From: Gammaproteobacteria bacterium
GTDB taxonomy: Bacteria; Pseudomonadota; Gammaproteobacteria; SZUA-140
DNA: 64,000 nt
Reading direction: 5' to 3'
Assembly: GCA_020845975.1 (NCBI GenBank)
Contig: JADLET010000084.1
Location: 2,509 to 66,508 of the forward strand
The position numbers and the translations under genes are program-made. The notes below the pieces were generated by a model. That model was not told the DNA's origin. It ran no database searches and worked only from the letters and a program-made list of their open reading frames with translations. This document shows, in pieces, positions 63,058-64,000 of this stretch. How positions within the stretch are numbered: the stretch's first letter is position 1; each line of letters opens with the position of its first letter.

Positions 63058-63810
63058 ATGAAGACATTGATGCCCCGAATGGGAATCCTGCTCCTGCTGC
63101 TGAGTCCCGCCGTGCCTGCCGTGGCCGCCTGCGACGATCCTCCCGCCCGGGACGTGATCTGGATCAACTGTGACAAGCAGGGCGCGGACCTCAGCGATGC
63201 CGATCTGCGCGGCGCGATCCTCACACGCAGCAATCTGGAAGGCGCCAGGCTGAGCCGTGCGCAATTGTCCGGCGCTGAATTCAATTTCGCCAACCTGCGC
63301 GCGGCACACCTCGACGGCACGCGCCTCGACAAGGCCCGCTTCGTGAACGCGAACCTGAGCGGGGCCAATCTCGACAGCGCCATCCTCGACGGAAGCTCCT
63401 TCGACCGCGCGATCCTGACAAACGCCAATCTCGACGGAAGCCAGATCCGTACGAGCTCCTTCTATCAGACGGACCTGCGCGACGCCACTCTGCGCGGCGC
63501 CGTTTTACTGAAGGCCAATCTCAGCCAGGCCGATCTCAGTGGCGCGGACCTTAGCGGCGCGGATCTCACCGGCGCCACGCTGGCGCAGGCGTCCCTGGAG
63601 GAAACTCTGCTGCGCAAGACCCTGCTGCGAGGGGCGAATCTGGAAAAGGCGAACCTGCTCGGCGCGGACCTCAGCGGCGCCGATCTCACCGGGGCCAGTC
63701 TCGTCAACGCGGAGCTGTCCACAACGATTCTCGAGGGCGCGGTGTTCGACGATGCGCAATGGACCAACCGGCGCCGCTGCCGCCCCGGATCAGTGGGCGA
63801 GTGCCGCTGA
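63058..63810 (+). CDS. Pentapeptide-repeat lipoprotein
   Basis: Lipobox PAVAAC, then ~35 tandem A(D/N)LSGA-type pentapeptide repeats. Confidence 0.85.
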   Translation: MKTLMPRMGILLLLLSPAVPAVAACDDPPARDVIWINCDKQGADLSDADLRGAILTRSNLEGARLSRAQLSGAEFNFANLRAAHLDGTRLDKARFVNANLSGANLDSAILDGSSFDRAILTNANLDGSQIRTSSFYQTDLRDATLRGAVLLKANLSQADLSGADLSGADLTGATLAQASLEETLLRKTLLRGANLEKANLLGADLSGADLTGASLVNAELSTTILEGAVFDDAQWTNRRRCRPGSVGECR

Positions 63811-63816
63811 GCATGT

Positions 63817-64000
63817 TCAGGACAGTATGGGCGGCAACTGCACGCTCAGCTTCTGCTTTTCGGCGACCGCCGGGCCGATAAGGGCGAACCCCAGTAACGC
63901 GCCGTCAGGCGCGAGAAACCGCGCCTGCACCCCGCCTTCGACGGCCTCCTCCCGCCATGTCCCCGCCGCAGACGGCGGGGCGGGCGACACCACGGCCGGA
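63817..64000 (-). CDS. 3' fragment of an unidentified minus-strand CDS continuing beyond the window end
   Basis: Stop-free minus-strand frame running from the window end to TGA at ~63817, convergent with the pentapeptide gene. No assignable function. Confidence 0.3.
   Translation of the reverse strand, partial: PAVVSPAPPSAAGTWREEAVEGGVQARFLAPDGALLGFALIGPAVAEKQKLSVQLPPILS

Overview
High-GC (~65%) gammaproteobacterial chromosome segment, autotroph-like. Gene order resembles Pseudomonas/Chromatiales-type genomes.

Gene content, left to right:
- ftsY 5' end, two M16 zinc peptidases, rsmD, coaD, a YfhL-type ferredoxin, ggt, xthA.
- A three-gene operon headed by a ParA-family ATPase fused to a C-terminal AMPK-beta/CBM48-like glycogen-binding domain. 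It is preceded by a ~660-nt structured non-coding leader ending in an intrinsic terminator.
- pyrE, then a ~1.1-kb low-GC (~40%) insertion carrying two tightly coupled small genes of unknown function, flanked by an 8-bp direct repeat.
- A tauE-family permease, a DUF4124 protein, argB bracketed by 42-nt identical direct repeats, and algC (PMM/PGM) in frame with a ~330-aa N-terminal two-TM extension.
- dut, coaBC, radC, rpmB-rpmG, a membrane fatty-acid desaturase, argJ, secA, an M23 peptidase, a DUF721 protein, lpxC.
- The complete dcw cluster on the minus strand: ftsZ-ftsA-ftsQ-ddl-murB-murC-murG-ftsW-murD-mraY-murF-murE-ftsI-ftsL-rsmH-mraZ. It carries a near-consensus Pmra promoter and three GTGGG MraZ boxes.
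- RNase P RNA (rnpB) downstream of rsmI, then lpoA-yraN-dolP, a GlcD-like FAD oxidase, sspB-sspA, djlA.
- A form IAq RuBisCO locus (cbbR divergent from cbbL-cbbS-cbbQ-cbbO), then a TraB-family protein, a pirin and a pentapeptide-repeat lipoprotein.

I found no CRISPR array, tRNA, rRNA or transposase.

The most unusual items are the ParA-CBM48 operon with its leader RNA, the two-gene low-GC cassette, and the algC N-terminal membrane extension.

Two coordinate caveats apply. The supplied ORF track uses GTG/TTG as well as ATG as first codons, so several gene starts were re-placed on internal ATGs with good SD sequences. Coordinates rely on the ORF track plus residue offsets, because my by-eye base indexing disagreed with it by 1 nt in places.
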